A stretch of 64,000 bases of DNA, from the NCBI GenBank assembly GCA_965248055.1, contig CBDFIJ010000004.1, positions 640,001 to 704,000 on the forward strand, given 5' to 3'. Source of the stretch: Candidatus Multivoradales bacterium. Its GTDB lineage: Bacteria > Acidobacteriota > Thermoanaerobaculia > Multivoradales > JAHEKO01. The notes under the pieces were generated by a model. That model had not been told where the DNA came from, searched no databases, and saw only the letters and a program-made list of their open reading frames with translations. The position numbers and the translations under genes were made by a program. This document shows, piece by piece, positions 27,680 through 36,606 of the stretch. Numbering within the stretch: position 1 is the stretch's first letter; each line of letters opens with the position of its first letter.

Positions 27680-28878
27680 TGGAGAAGGCTCCGACGCACA
27701 CTTCGGGCTATCCAGGCAGCGGCCGGTGGAGGTACCGCGTTTCCGATCTGCCGATACTGATCCTGCCGCCTTCCGGAGAACTCATAGTCATCTGGAAACC
27801 CCTGCAGACGAGCGGCCTCACGAACGGAAAAACCGCGTGTTTCAGCCGGGTGGAGAAAATAGCGAGGATCTCCAAATCTGGTGTGCACGGTAGGAGCAGG
27901 CTCGTTCCACTGCAGTCGTTTGTATTTTCCGTTAAACGTCCGCGTCAGATCCCAATTGTCACCTACTTTCCGGATATACCCTTTTCCTAGGAGAGAGCGT
28001 GCTATATCAAGATACGCACTCCCCCATTTGCTCTGCAGCCGGTCAGGCGGTACTGGATCAGCATCGCCCCAGTTACGCCTTCGATTACGTCTCCTCTCTC
28101 GAAGTAAGAACGTAAGCAAAGCTCTTTCCTCGGCCGTTGTCCTTCCAAAGACCGAAGGGATTTCCCAGGTGTGAACAGCGTTCGGGCCAGCTCTTACATT
28201 GGAGAGTTTCTGGCCCGGACCTATGTGAGCTGCGATGGCCGTAACAACGCTATCAGCAGGTGGCCGGACTGGATAGTGGTCTGGTAGCGATTCAACATCT
28301 TTGAGCGCGTCGGCCAAAGACGACGCCTTTTCACCAAGGTGCTCCATGTAGAACTCCGCGTCCGTCCGCCATGCAATCAGCAACAGCCGCTTGCGGACTT
28401 GCGGAAGTCCAGATCTATCTGCATGACATACAAACTCTCGCGTACGAAATCCGCCTGATGAAAGACATTCATGAGCAGCCTGCCAGTACTTTCCATGTCC
28501 CCCGGTACGTGCTGCGGGGACGTTCTCAAGGACAAACACTTTTGGTCTGAGAAGGGTGGCCAGTTCTGCGGCGAGAGGCACGAAGTGATTTCGTGGATCA
28601 TCCACTCTTCTTTTTCCAGCCGTGGAAAACCCTTGACAAGGTGGCCCGGCGAGTAACACATCCACGTTGTAAGCTCTCGACGGAAACTCTGCAGGAGTCG
28701 AAAGGTCGCGGACCTCGCTTACTTTAGCGATGTTGTGTTCGTAGCTCGACAACGCGGCGGCATCAACGTCGAAAGCAGCAACCGGGCGAAAGCCGCTGTG
28801 AAGAAACCCTAAGTCAAACCCGCCGCAACCCGAAAAGAGACTTGCGAACCGAGGGGTGTCTTGAATCGCCGATAGCAC
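27676..28878 (-). CDS. dcm: DNA (cytosine-5)-methyltransferase
   Basis: FSGCGG, GPPCQGFS, ENV, PQVRKR, REAARLQGFP, QIGNAVPP; start moved to GTG 28878 because the longer ORF overlaps tRNA-Cys. Confidence 0.93.
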   Translation of the reverse strand: MLSAIQDTPRFASLFSGCGGFDLGFLHSGFRPVAAFDVDAAALSSYEHNIAKVSEVRDLSTPAEFPSRAYNVDVLLAGPPCQGFSTAGKRRVDDPRNHFVPLAAELATLLRPKVFVLENVPAARTGGHGKYWQAAHECLSSGGFRTREFVCHADRSGLPQVRKRLLLIAWRTDAEFYMEHLGEKASSLADALKDVESLPDHYPVRPPADSVVTAIAAHIGPGQKLSNVRAGPNAVHTWEIPSVFGRTTAEERALLTFLLRERRRNRRRNWGDADPVPPDRLQSKWGSAYLDIARSLLGKGYIRKVGDNWDLTRTFNGKYKRLQWNEPAPTVHTRFGDPRYFLHPAETRGFSVREAARLQGFPDDYEFSGRRQDQYRQIGNAVPPPAAAWIARSVRRSLLQ

Positions 28879-28884
28879 TTGCCC

Positions 28885-28890
28885 ATTATA
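28885..28890 (-). promoter_or_regulatory. Perfect -10 box (TATAAT) 6 nt before the methyltransferase GTG; likely leaderless promoter
   Basis: Minus strand reads TATAAT-GGGCAA-GTG; no Shine-Dalgarno. Confidence 0.6.
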
Positions 28891-28928
28891 GAAGCACGTG
28901 AGGAACGCCAAACTAATTGCGTGATTGA

Positions 28929-29003
28929 TGGAGGCGACGGTCGGAATCGAACCGACGAATGAGGGTTTTGCAGACCCTTGCCTTACCACTTGGCTACGTC
29001 GCC
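28929..29003 (-). tRNA. tRNA-Cys (GCA)
   Basis: GGCGACGTAGCCAAGTGGTAAGGCAAGGGTCTGCAAAACCCT...GGTTCGATTCCGACCGTCGCCTCCA. Confidence 0.97.
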
Positions 29004-29059
29004 TTGAGAGAACGGGGCGCCGGAGAATCGGAACCTCGAAAAGGCACAAGGATAAGAAA

Positions 29060-29134
29060 TGGAGCGGGAAACGGGATTTGAACCCGCGACCCCAACCTTG
29101 GCAAGGTTGTGCTCTACCACTGAGCTATTCCCGC
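29060..29134 (-). tRNA. tRNA-Gly (GCC)
   Basis: GCGGGAATAGCTCAGTGGTAGAGCACAACCTTGCCAAGGTTG...GGTTCAAATCCCGTTTCCCGCTCCA. Confidence 0.97.
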
Positions 29135-29145
29135 CCGGGCATCGA

Positions 29146-29174
29146 AGGATAGAAAGCGGGGGGCGGGGTGTCAA
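29146..29174 (-). promoter_or_regulatory. Sigma70 promoter of the tRNA-Gly/Cys operon
   Basis: TTGACA (29174-29169), 17-bp spacer, TATCCT (29151-29146). Confidence 0.75.
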
Positions 29175-29235
29175 GGAAAAGGGAGATTTTGGTGGCTTTT
29201 GCGCCGATAAGTTGGGTTGAGGAGGTTGTGGCGTC

Positions 29236-29580
29236 GAGATCCTTCGACTCCGGCCTACGGCCTGCGCTCAGGATGACAAGAAGTGGAAAAAGGGGGGCAA
29301 CTCGTCGAAGAAAAGGGGAGGGGATAAACCCTTTCCTCAGGATGACAAGAAGTGTGGCGTGGGGTGCAACTCATAGAAGACAAACGCGAGGGGGGTTATC
29401 CCTCTCCTATACAGAGTTCATCAGCTGAGGGTGCGCAGGCAGGCAATCGACAGATCCCGGCCCCGCGCCCACTCCCCCGCCGGGATGACGGGGTGACGGG
29501 GTGACGGGATGATGGTGTGAGTGAGCCGTTTGACCTGGCAGTGGATTGTAGGGTCGCAATAGCCAAAGGGACGCCTACCT
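29236..29580. repeat. REP-like palindrome cluster
   Basis: GAGATCCTTCG...CTCAGGATGAC; ~70-bp imperfect tandem duplication at 29267-29408; CAGATCCCGG...CCGGGATGACG at 29449-29490. Confidence 0.75.
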
Positions 29581-29596
29581 AGTCGAGCTTGTGCTA

Positions 29597-29968
29597 TTAG
29601 CGATTCTCGAAAGCGTCGGTGATGTGTTGGATCTTCCACTTGCCGCCAACGCGATCCATGGCCAGGACATCGAAGCGGCAAGGGCCGGTGTGTGGATTGG
29701 TGATCAGGTAGATGTGGGCGGCGCGGAGGATGCGCTGAATCTGTGCCGGGCTGACCGATTCAAGGGAGCCGAAATAGGCGTTGCCTGCGCGGGCTTTGAC
29801 TTCGATGAAACATAGGGTGTTGCCCGTGCGAGCGATGAGGTCGATTTCCCCACCACGAATGCGGTAGTTGCGTTGCAGGATGCGGTAGCCGCGTAGCCGG
29901 AGCCACCAGGTGGCGCGTTGTTCGGCGTTGCGTCCACGCAGAACAGGGAGAAGGCCCCCGGTGGTCAT
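29597..29968 (-). CDS. yraN: YraN/UPF0102 family endonuclease-like protein
   Basis: GYRILQRNYR...GEIDLIA...FIEVKAR...CRFDV. Confidence 0.92.
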   Translation of the reverse strand: MTTGGLLPVLRGRNAEQRATWWLRLRGYRILQRNYRIRGGEIDLIARTGNTLCFIEVKARAGNAYFGSLESVSPAQIQRILRAAHIYLITNPHTGPCRFDVLAMDRVGGKWKIQHITDAFENR

Positions 29969-29976
29969 GACGGAGA

Positions 29977-30349
29977 CGGGAGGGGGTAAACCCCTCCCCT
30001 ACGAAGAAGAGAACGCGGATGGATGGACAGATCCCGGCCCCACGCCTGCTCCCCCGCCGGGATGACGGGTCCAGGTGATGGTGTTACGGCGCCGAGTAGC
30101 GGGAGGTGAGGCCATCGCCTACCAAAGGTTATGGCGAGGCGACGAGAGGTGAGGCAGGAAATCTCTTGGTAGGGGAGCCGTTTCCGGGCTCCCGCGATTC
30201 GACGCAAGCGAAACGTTCTTCCTAGTCCTGGTAACGCAGGTGAGATGGGACCAAAGAACGGGAGCGGATAAACCCCTTCCCTACGAAGATGGAAACGCGC
30301 ATAGGCGGACAGATCCCGGCCCCCCTGCCTCCCGCCCGCCGGGATGACG
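29977..30349. repeat. GTAG-type REP and GTCATCCCGG-type palindromes
   Basis: Composite units at 29977-30067 and 30259-30349; inverted GTAG...CTAC doublet at 30169-30284. Confidence 0.75.
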
Positions 30350-30370
30350 GCAGGCAGAACGGAGCTTGCC

Positions 30371-31792
30371 CTATGAAGTCCTTTTCCAGCGAGGGCCAGT
30401 GGGGGTGTCTTCGATGACGATCCCGGCTTCGGCGAGTTGGTCGCGGATACGGTCTGATTCAGCGAAGTCTTTGGCGGCGCGGGCTTGTTGACGAGATTGG
30501 AGTAAGGCGTCGATCGCAGCGTCGTCGAGGGCTCCCTGGTCGGCGACGTTGTCATTCCAAGCGGAGGGATCGAGGGTGCCAAAGACCGCATCTATCTCGG
30601 CCAGCCAGTCGAGCACAGCGGCTCGCTCTCCGGGAGCCAAGGGGCCGACTTCGATGCGCGAGTTGATCGCTTTGACCAAGCCGAATACCGCTGCCAGGGC
30701 GCCGGAGGCGTTGAGGTCTGAGGCCAATGCTTGATCGAACGCGGTGCGCGCTTTTTCGACCTCTGACGGGAGGCTAGAGTCAGCGCAATCCTCCTCTTCA
30801 GCATGGTTCAAGCGAAAACGCATTTCGTCGATGCGCTGCAGGGCGGCTTCGGCCTGGGTTACCGCGGCGTCGGTGAAGTTGAGTTTTTGCCGATAGTTCA
30901 CCGAGAGCAAAAGATGTCGCAGAATCCGGGGCTGGTTGCCACGCTCGATGAGGTCGCTCAAGGTGAACTGGTTGCCCAGCGACTTGGACATCTTGGTCTC
31001 GTCGAGAACCAGATGTTCGCTGTGCAGCCAAGTGTGGACGAAGGGCTTGCCGGTGGCTGACTCGGACTGGGCGATCTCGTTTTCGTGATGCGGAAAGATG
31101 TTGTCGACACCGCCACAATGGATGTCGAAGCTCTCCCCCAGATACTGCATGCTCATTACCGAACATTCCAAATGCCACCCTGGCCGACCGGAGCCCCAGG
31201 GAGAATCCCAAGAGGGTTCGCCGGCCTTGGCCTCTTTCCATAAGACGAAATCGCGCGCGTCTTCCTTGCTGTAATCGTCAGAAGCGACCCTTTCGCCTTG
31301 ACGTTGGGCGTCACTGGGGATGCGCGAGAGCTTGCCGTAATCTTCATCCGCCTCGATGCGAAAGAACACTGAGCCCTGCCTTTGGTAGGCAAAGCCCTTC
31401 TCCACCAGGGTCTCGACCAGTTCGATCATTCCGGCGATGTGATCTGTAGCCTTGGGATAGGCCTCTGCTGGTTCGACCTGCAACAGGCTCAGGTCGCGAT
31501 GAAAGGCGTCGATATAAGGCTGGGTATATTCCGCCAGTCCAACCCCCGCCTCGACCGCACCGCGAATCGTCTTGTCATCAATGTCGGTCAGGTTCATCAC
31601 CTGGACCACGTCGAAGCCAAAGTGCTTGAGGCTACGGCGCAACAAGTCCTCAAACAAAAAGGTCCGCAGATTGCCGATATGAGCGTGGTTGTAGACCGTC
31701 GGGCCACAGGTGTACATGCGCACCTTGTTGCCGTCCAAAGGAGCAAAGGGTTCAACCCCGCGCGTCAGAGTGTTGTAGAAGGCAAGAGCCAC
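30371..31792 (-). CDS. cysS: Cysteine--tRNA ligase
   Basis: YTCGPTVY, HIGN, GRPGWHLEC, FPHHENE, KMSKS. Confidence 0.98.
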   Translation of the reverse strand: MALAFYNTLTRGVEPFAPLDGNKVRMYTCGPTVYNHAHIGNLRTFLFEDLLRRSLKHFGFDVVQVMNLTDIDDKTIRGAVEAGVGLAEYTQPYIDAFHRDLSLLQVEPAEAYPKATDHIAGMIELVETLVEKGFAYQRQGSVFFRIEADEDYGKLSRIPSDAQRQGERVASDDYSKEDARDFVLWKEAKAGEPSWDSPWGSGRPGWHLECSVMSMQYLGESFDIHCGGVDNIFPHHENEIAQSESATGKPFVHTWLHSEHLVLDETKMSKSLGNQFTLSDLIERGNQPRILRHLLLSVNYRQKLNFTDAAVTQAEAALQRIDEMRFRLNHAEEEDCADSSLPSEVEKARTAFDQALASDLNASGALAAVFGLVKAINSRIEVGPLAPGERAAVLDWLAEIDAVFGTLDPSAWNDNVADQGALDDAAIDALLQSRQQARAAKDFAESDRIRDQLAEAGIVIEDTPTGPRWKRTS

Positions 31793-31813
31793 GGTTCTCG
31801 ATTCGATTCCGGG

Positions 31814-32356
31814 CTAGAGAGTGACTGTGACACTGCCGCCCAACCAGGTGACAGCGGTGGGCGTATTGAATTCGCGAAAGGCCTCTTCATTGTCGAACTC
31901 GATTTCCCCGGAACCCGCCGCCACCGAAGTAAAGCGGAAGGTAATCACCAATCCCGAACCGGAAACGATGGCCCGATTACTGCCCAGCTTATTGACCCCG
32001 ACGATGATCGTTCCAGTCTGCCTTTCGCTAACTAGCAACTCAACGTTGCCGCCGAGGAACCCACCCAGGGTTGCCTCTTGGAAGGTCAGCAAGTTGGTGG
32101 GGTATTCCAGGTCGAAAGCGAATCCACGCACGTGATCCATTTCGTTGGCGCGAAACTCCAACTGCAACGTTGTCGGACTGCCGGAGGCGGCGTCGGTCAG
32201 AAACGCGGTGTTGGCACCGGCCGAACTACTCTCAGAGAAGGTAATGCCTGCCGATGGAACAACCGGACCACCGCCCCCCCCACCCCCGCCTCCGCCACCA
32301 CCACTGCAGGCAGAAACCAAGACGATCAGCAGCAAGCCACAGAGAGTTCTATTCAT
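31814..32356 (-). CDS. Lipoprotein with a cohesin-like domain
   Basis: Lipobox LVSAC; poly-Gly linker; GFAFDLEYP...SGSGLVITFRF. Confidence 0.65.
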   Translation of the reverse strand: MNRTLCGLLLIVLVSACSGGGGGGGGGGGGPVVPSAGITFSESSSAGANTAFLTDAASGSPTTLQLEFRANEMDHVRGFAFDLEYPTNLLTFQEATLGGFLGGNVELLVSERQTGTIIVGVNKLGSNRAIVSGSGLVITFRFTSVAAGSGEIEFDNEEAFREFNTPTAVTWLGGSVTVTL

Positions 32357-32381
32357 AGCAACAGCGGTATCGGAAGCGGAA

Positions 32382-32894
32382 CTAAGATTCAGTACTTTCG
32401 AGTAGTCGTTTCAGTTTGCGTCGAACTCTCTCGCGCCTGAGGCCGCGGAGCCGATCGATGAAAAGTATACCGTCGAGATGGTCAATTTCATGCTGAATTG
32501 CCCGTGCCGCCAAACCCTCGGCTTCAACCTCAAACGTCGCACCGGTTCGATCTTGCGAGCGCACCCGGATCGCTGTCGCCCGATCCACCTTGTCGGTAAT
32601 CTCAGGAATCGACAAACAGCCCTCGACGTCAGCTTCGTTGCCCTCTGAATGTTCAATCACCGGATTGACTAAAACTAGCAGAGCCTCCGGGTCCTCCCCC
32701 ACCGTGATGTCGACGACCGCCACCCGTTTGGAGACCCCAATCTGCGGTGCGGCGAGACCAATCCCGGGCGCTGCATGCATGGTCTCGATCATGTCCTCGA
32801 CCAGCGTTTCGAGCTCGGTATCAAAGGTTTCCACTCCAGTCGCTTCTTGCTGCAAAACCGGGTCCGGGACCAGGCGAATATCGAGAACTGTCAT
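32382..32894 (-). CDS. def: Peptide deformylase
   Basis: GIGLAAPQIG, EGCLS, QHEIDHLDG. Confidence 0.97.
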   Translation of the reverse strand: MTVLDIRLVPDPVLQQEATGVETFDTELETLVEDMIETMHAAPGIGLAAPQIGVSKRVAVVDITVGEDPEALLVLVNPVIEHSEGNEADVEGCLSIPEITDKVDRATAIRVRSQDRTGATFEVEAEGLAARAIQHEIDHLDGILFIDRLRGLRRERVRRKLKRLLESTES

Positions 32895-32899
32895 GGCAA

Positions 32900-33754
32900 T
32901 CAGACGCTCAGATGACGGGCCGCGCGGGCAATTTCAAGATCGTGGTGTTGGCCGCCGATTCGATCGGTCAGAGAACGAGTAATCGGCGCGTCGTTGTGTG
33001 GCACTTTCAGCGCCTGCTGATCAAGCACCAAGAGAGTCGCGCCACCGGGAGAGACGTAGTCCGCAGGCCATTCCTTGTTCTCAAACAAAGCCCATTCTCC
33101 GATCACATCTCCCACGCGAAAGCTGCGCAGCGTGGCGTCGGTCTTGCCACCCGTGCGTGCCTCCAAGCTTCCCAAGACCAAAACGTAGACCTGGGGATCT
33201 GAGTCCCCCCGATGCACCAGCGTCTCGCCCCGCTTGAGGGTACCGGTGCTGCTAGCTTCAAACCACCAAACCACTTCCGGGGCGGAAAATCGATCGGCAA
33301 AACTGGAGCGGACCACGCTGTCCCAAATCTTGACGAACTCGATCGCCTCGCTGCCCTTGCCGCCAGAATGACGGGTGCGCAAATAGGCCTCTCGGCCCTT
33401 GCCGCGCACCACCTCCAAACGCTGGGCACGCTCCAATTGTGCCAGCAAATCGGTGATCTTGTCGTCATCGGGAAAGTATCGACCAACCTTAGCGAGTACT
33501 GCCACCGCACGATCATAGAAGCCGTCCCGACCATAGGCTTGGCAAACATGCAGGTACTGCTCTCGGGCTTGGTTCAAGTTCTTCAATCGCAGGTAGACGT
33601 CAGCCAAGCGCAGTTGCGAATGCAGATCTCCCGGCCGCTTGCTGAGGATTGCCAGCAAACGATCTCGAGCCTGATCGTAGTGTTCGAGGGTGATTAAGTC
33701 CTCGACCGTCAGCCCAGCCGTCTCGTCCTTTTTCTTAAAAGACTTAAAAACCAT
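32900..33754 (-). CDS. TPR + cyclic-nucleotide-binding domain protein
   Basis: N-terminal TPR helices; LKRGETLVHRGD...GDVIGEWALF. Confidence 0.75.
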   Translation of the reverse strand: MVFKSFKKKDETAGLTVEDLITLEHYDQARDRLLAILSKRPGDLHSQLRLADVYLRLKNLNQAREQYLHVCQAYGRDGFYDRAVAVLAKVGRYFPDDDKITDLLAQLERAQRLEVVRGKGREAYLRTRHSGGKGSEAIEFVKIWDSVVRSSFADRFSAPEVVWWFEASSTGTLKRGETLVHRGDSDPQVYVLVLGSLEARTGGKTDATLRSFRVGDVIGEWALFENKEWPADYVSPGGATLLVLDQQALKVPHNDAPITRSLTDRIGGQHHDLEIARAARHLSV

Positions 33755-33922
33755 GTGTGCTCAATTGAGGACAGATCTAGGTGGCATTCAATAGATGTGC
33801 GTGACGCGTGCCTGCTCCGATGACACATTGTAGCTGCAAATTCACGGTTTCTATGGTGCAATGATGACCTGGCCTAGTCCTTGCTTTTATCCATTAGTCA
33901 TGCGAGCCATGAGGAGGCCGTC

Positions 33923-36235
33923 ATGAGACAACAACCCCAAACATCCATTGACCGAACCGTACGCCCTGTCATTGCACGGCAGAAGCAATCGTCGACCCTA
34001 GCAACGCTGCCCTCCCTGGTGGCTATTGCAGTGCTCGCGGTTGGTTCTCTCGCCGGAGCCACAGCGGCTCAAGCCAGCGACGACAATTACGGTTTCTATC
34101 GCATCCTGGACGGCGAGGCGGTTCGCTACGGCGGCGCTGAAGATCAACGTGAGGTGACCGAGAACGAACCCTTGTTGGAAGGAGATCGGGTCTCTGTGGA
34201 GCGCGGCAGCCGTCTGGAGGTAGTCCTCCCGGATTTCTCTCGTGTTCGTCTAGATGAACTGACCCAGGTCGACTTTGAGCGTTTGCGAGTCAAAGATGAG
34301 CGAGCGGATACCTTTCGCCTACGATTGTTTGAGGGCGAGTTGCAGATTTCGGTCGACCAATCACCCGAAGAGTTTCTCTTAGAACTGGATACCGCCAGTG
34401 TCTACTTACTCGACGCCGGTAACTATCGGATCTCCGGTGGCCTTGACTACGCACGTATTTTGGTACGCGAGGGCTTTGCGGAGATTCTTACCGAGCGTGG
34501 ATCGACAATCGCTCGTACCGGCGAAGAAGTGATCATCGAAGGGAGCAGTGACCCGCAGGTGTGGGTGCAAGACGCGGGGGTCGCAGACTCCCTAGAACGT
34601 TGGGCGGACGACAACGAACGAGACTCACGTCGAGATGACCGCTACGTCGACGACCGGCTGAGCTATGCAGCTACGGACCTAGATCAAGATGGCGAATGGA
34701 TCGACGCTGGCGGTAGCTACGCTTGGCGGCCCTACCAGCGCAACGGCTGGGAGCGTCCCTACCATTCTGGCTACTGGTATGACACGCCCTACGGCGTCAA
34801 CTGGGTCTCTCAATATCGCTGGGGCTGGTTGACCAGCCACTATGGATACTGGGATTTCGATCGCCTGCACGGCTGGATGTGGTACCCCGGCGTGGCGTAC
34901 TCACCCGCCTGGGTACACTGGTACTGGGGTCCTAGCTATGTCGGATGGGTGCCCTCGGGCTACTACTATCGCCACTATGGGCGCTACGGATATGACTACT
35001 TTGGCTACGCCGGACGCGGCTGGCGCGGCTATGACAACTGGACCTTTTGCCAACGCGACCGCTTCGGCAATCGCCGACAACGGGTGTACTACGACGGTGT
35101 ACAAGTGGTTCAGCGACACGGTGGCGCGCTCAATGGTGGCATCGTCACCACCAGCACACGCGGCCTGCGACGCGAGGCCTGGGGCGACTTTGAGGACGGC
35201 AACCGGATCTTGCTGGGCAACGCCTCGCGGACCCGGGGTGGGCTGACCTATCGTCATCCTGAGGATCTGCCCGATGCGGTGGGTTACGTAACCTTGAATG
35301 CTGAAGCCCTACCCACCGCGGTGATGGATCGCAATCCGGCATTGGGTCGGCCCAACAGCAACGGCAGACCCAGCAGCAGTACGGTGACCAATCGCGGAGA
35401 TCAAGACGCTCGAGTGGCCGATGGTTTGGTAATACCAAGAGCAGGCGTGGTCGGTGATCGATCCGAGATACGACAAGGCAGACCAACCTCGGTGGCAGAT
35501 GGCGTCGGCACGACGCGCACCGGAGTCGATCAACGCACGCGCTCCCAATCAGCGCGCGAACGAGCGGCTGTTGAGCGAGATCGCCAGCGAGTGCTTCTTC
35601 CCGGTGCCCCGGTGGCGCAGCCTCGTGGCAAGTCTCTGCCCTCTGGGGATAGCCAGCCAACTGGTGACCGGCCCGTGCGTCGCGATCCAGCGCCAACGCG
35701 GACCGAAGGCAGTCGCCCTGCTGCCCCCAACGCTGGCCCCAGCGCTGGCACTAGAACTGGCGCTGGTACTAAGACTGGCACCGGTACCTGGAGCATCGAC
35801 CGCAGAGAGATTCCTCGAAGTGACACCACGCGGCCTGAGGCCCGCCCTGCGCCCAGCCGCGAGGCCAGCCGTGAAGCTAGACCTTCGGCAGATCGACCCA
35901 CTCGTTCAGAGCGTCCTTCGGCGACCTACGGCCGCGGCCAGAGCCGCCCCAGAAGCTCGACCAGCCCTTCGTCAACCCCGAGACCTCGATCAACCCCTCA
36001 GGCAAAGCCCAGGTCTACCCCTCAGCGGCGCTATGACCGACCGTCCTCAAAGGCGAAGTCTTCGAAAGCCAAAGCTAAGTCTTCAGGTCGTAGAAAACCG
36101 CGTTCCACTTCTAGCGGCGGCTCAGGCAGCTCTTCCAGTGGCGGGTCTTCCAGTGGCTCGGGGAGCAGCTCTGGGAGTTCCTCGCGGAGTGGATCGGGCT
36201 CAGCGTCGAGCAGTCGATCGGGCGGCGGCAGCTAG
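33923..36235 (+). CDS. Secreted FecR-like + aromatic-rich (DUF6600-like) protein with a low-complexity R/P/S/G tail
   Basis: PLLEGDRV...RLEV; GEW...WRPY...PYHSGYW...WGWLTSHYGYW...PAWV. Confidence 0.75.
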   Translation: MRQQPQTSIDRTVRPVIARQKQSSTLATLPSLVAIAVLAVGSLAGATAAQASDDNYGFYRILDGEAVRYGGAEDQREVTENEPLLEGDRVSVERGSRLEVVLPDFSRVRLDELTQVDFERLRVKDERADTFRLRLFEGELQISVDQSPEEFLLELDTASVYLLDAGNYRISGGLDYARILVREGFAEILTERGSTIARTGEEVIIEGSSDPQVWVQDAGVADSLERWADDNERDSRRDDRYVDDRLSYAATDLDQDGEWIDAGGSYAWRPYQRNGWERPYHSGYWYDTPYGVNWVSQYRWGWLTSHYGYWDFDRLHGWMWYPGVAYSPAWVHWYWGPSYVGWVPSGYYYRHYGRYGYDYFGYAGRGWRGYDNWTFCQRDRFGNRRQRVYYDGVQVVQRHGGALNGGIVTTSTRGLRREAWGDFEDGNRILLGNASRTRGGLTYRHPEDLPDAVGYVTLNAEALPTAVMDRNPALGRPNSNGRPSSSTVTNRGDQDARVADGLVIPRAGVVGDRSEIRQGRPTSVADGVGTTRTGVDQRTRSQSARERAAVERDRQRVLLPGAPVAQPRGKSLPSGDSQPTGDRPVRRDPAPTRTEGSRPAAPNAGPSAGTRTGAGTKTGTGTWSIDRREIPRSDTTRPEARPAPSREASREARPSADRPTRSERPSATYGRGQSRPRSSTSPSSTPRPRSTPQAKPRSTPQRRYDRPSSKAKSSKAKAKSSGRRKPRSTSSGGSGSSSSGGSSSGSGSSSGSSSRSGSGSASSSRSGGGS

Positions 36236-36372
36236 CCATCATTTTTCGAGATCACTGGCGACTTGCGGCTCTAACACCTCAGCCCGGAGTCTGCGCCTCA
36301 GAATCTTCTGAGCAGCGGAGGTCTCGGGGAGAAAGTCCAGCAGCCAGATTCAACACTGCGTAGAATCCGCGG

Positions 36373-36606
36373 GTGAGTGATTCTGCGTTTCGCTTTCTCT
36401 ACATTCTCTACTGCCTAGAAGGCGGGTTGGTGTTACTCCTAGCCCCGTGGCGACCTATCTGGGATCGAGTCCTGGTTCCTTCTGGTGTCTTGTGGATTTT
36501 TTGGACCTCCCATTGGACCCGTGCTTTAGCTTCGGGGATCGGCGCTCTGCTGTTGTTGAGCGCGATTTATGAAATCGTCGAATGGAGGCGCTCTCGTGCC
36601 GCATGA
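36373..36606 (+). CDS. Small membrane protein
   Basis: Two hydrophobic helices; TAGAAT 6 nt upstream; overlaps the next gene. Confidence 0.65.
   Translation: MSDSAFRFLYILYCLEGGLVLLLAPWRPIWDRVLVPSGVLWIFWTSHWTRALASGIGALLLLSAIYEIVEWRRSRAA

Noticed and set aside
23592-28878. Ordinary type II restriction-modification system
   Set aside because: No PD-(D/E)xK, HNH or GIY-YIG nuclease was recognised; the partners are a PRTase, an ATPase and a CARF-like protein.
28879-29049. N-terminal extension of the C5 methyltransferase ORF
   Set aside because: Overlaps tRNA-Cys; GTG 28878 with an upstream TATAAT is a better start.
29965-30591. 208-aa ORF and similar ORFs at 29168-29681
   Set aside because: These are translations of REP-like palindromes and partly overlap cysS.
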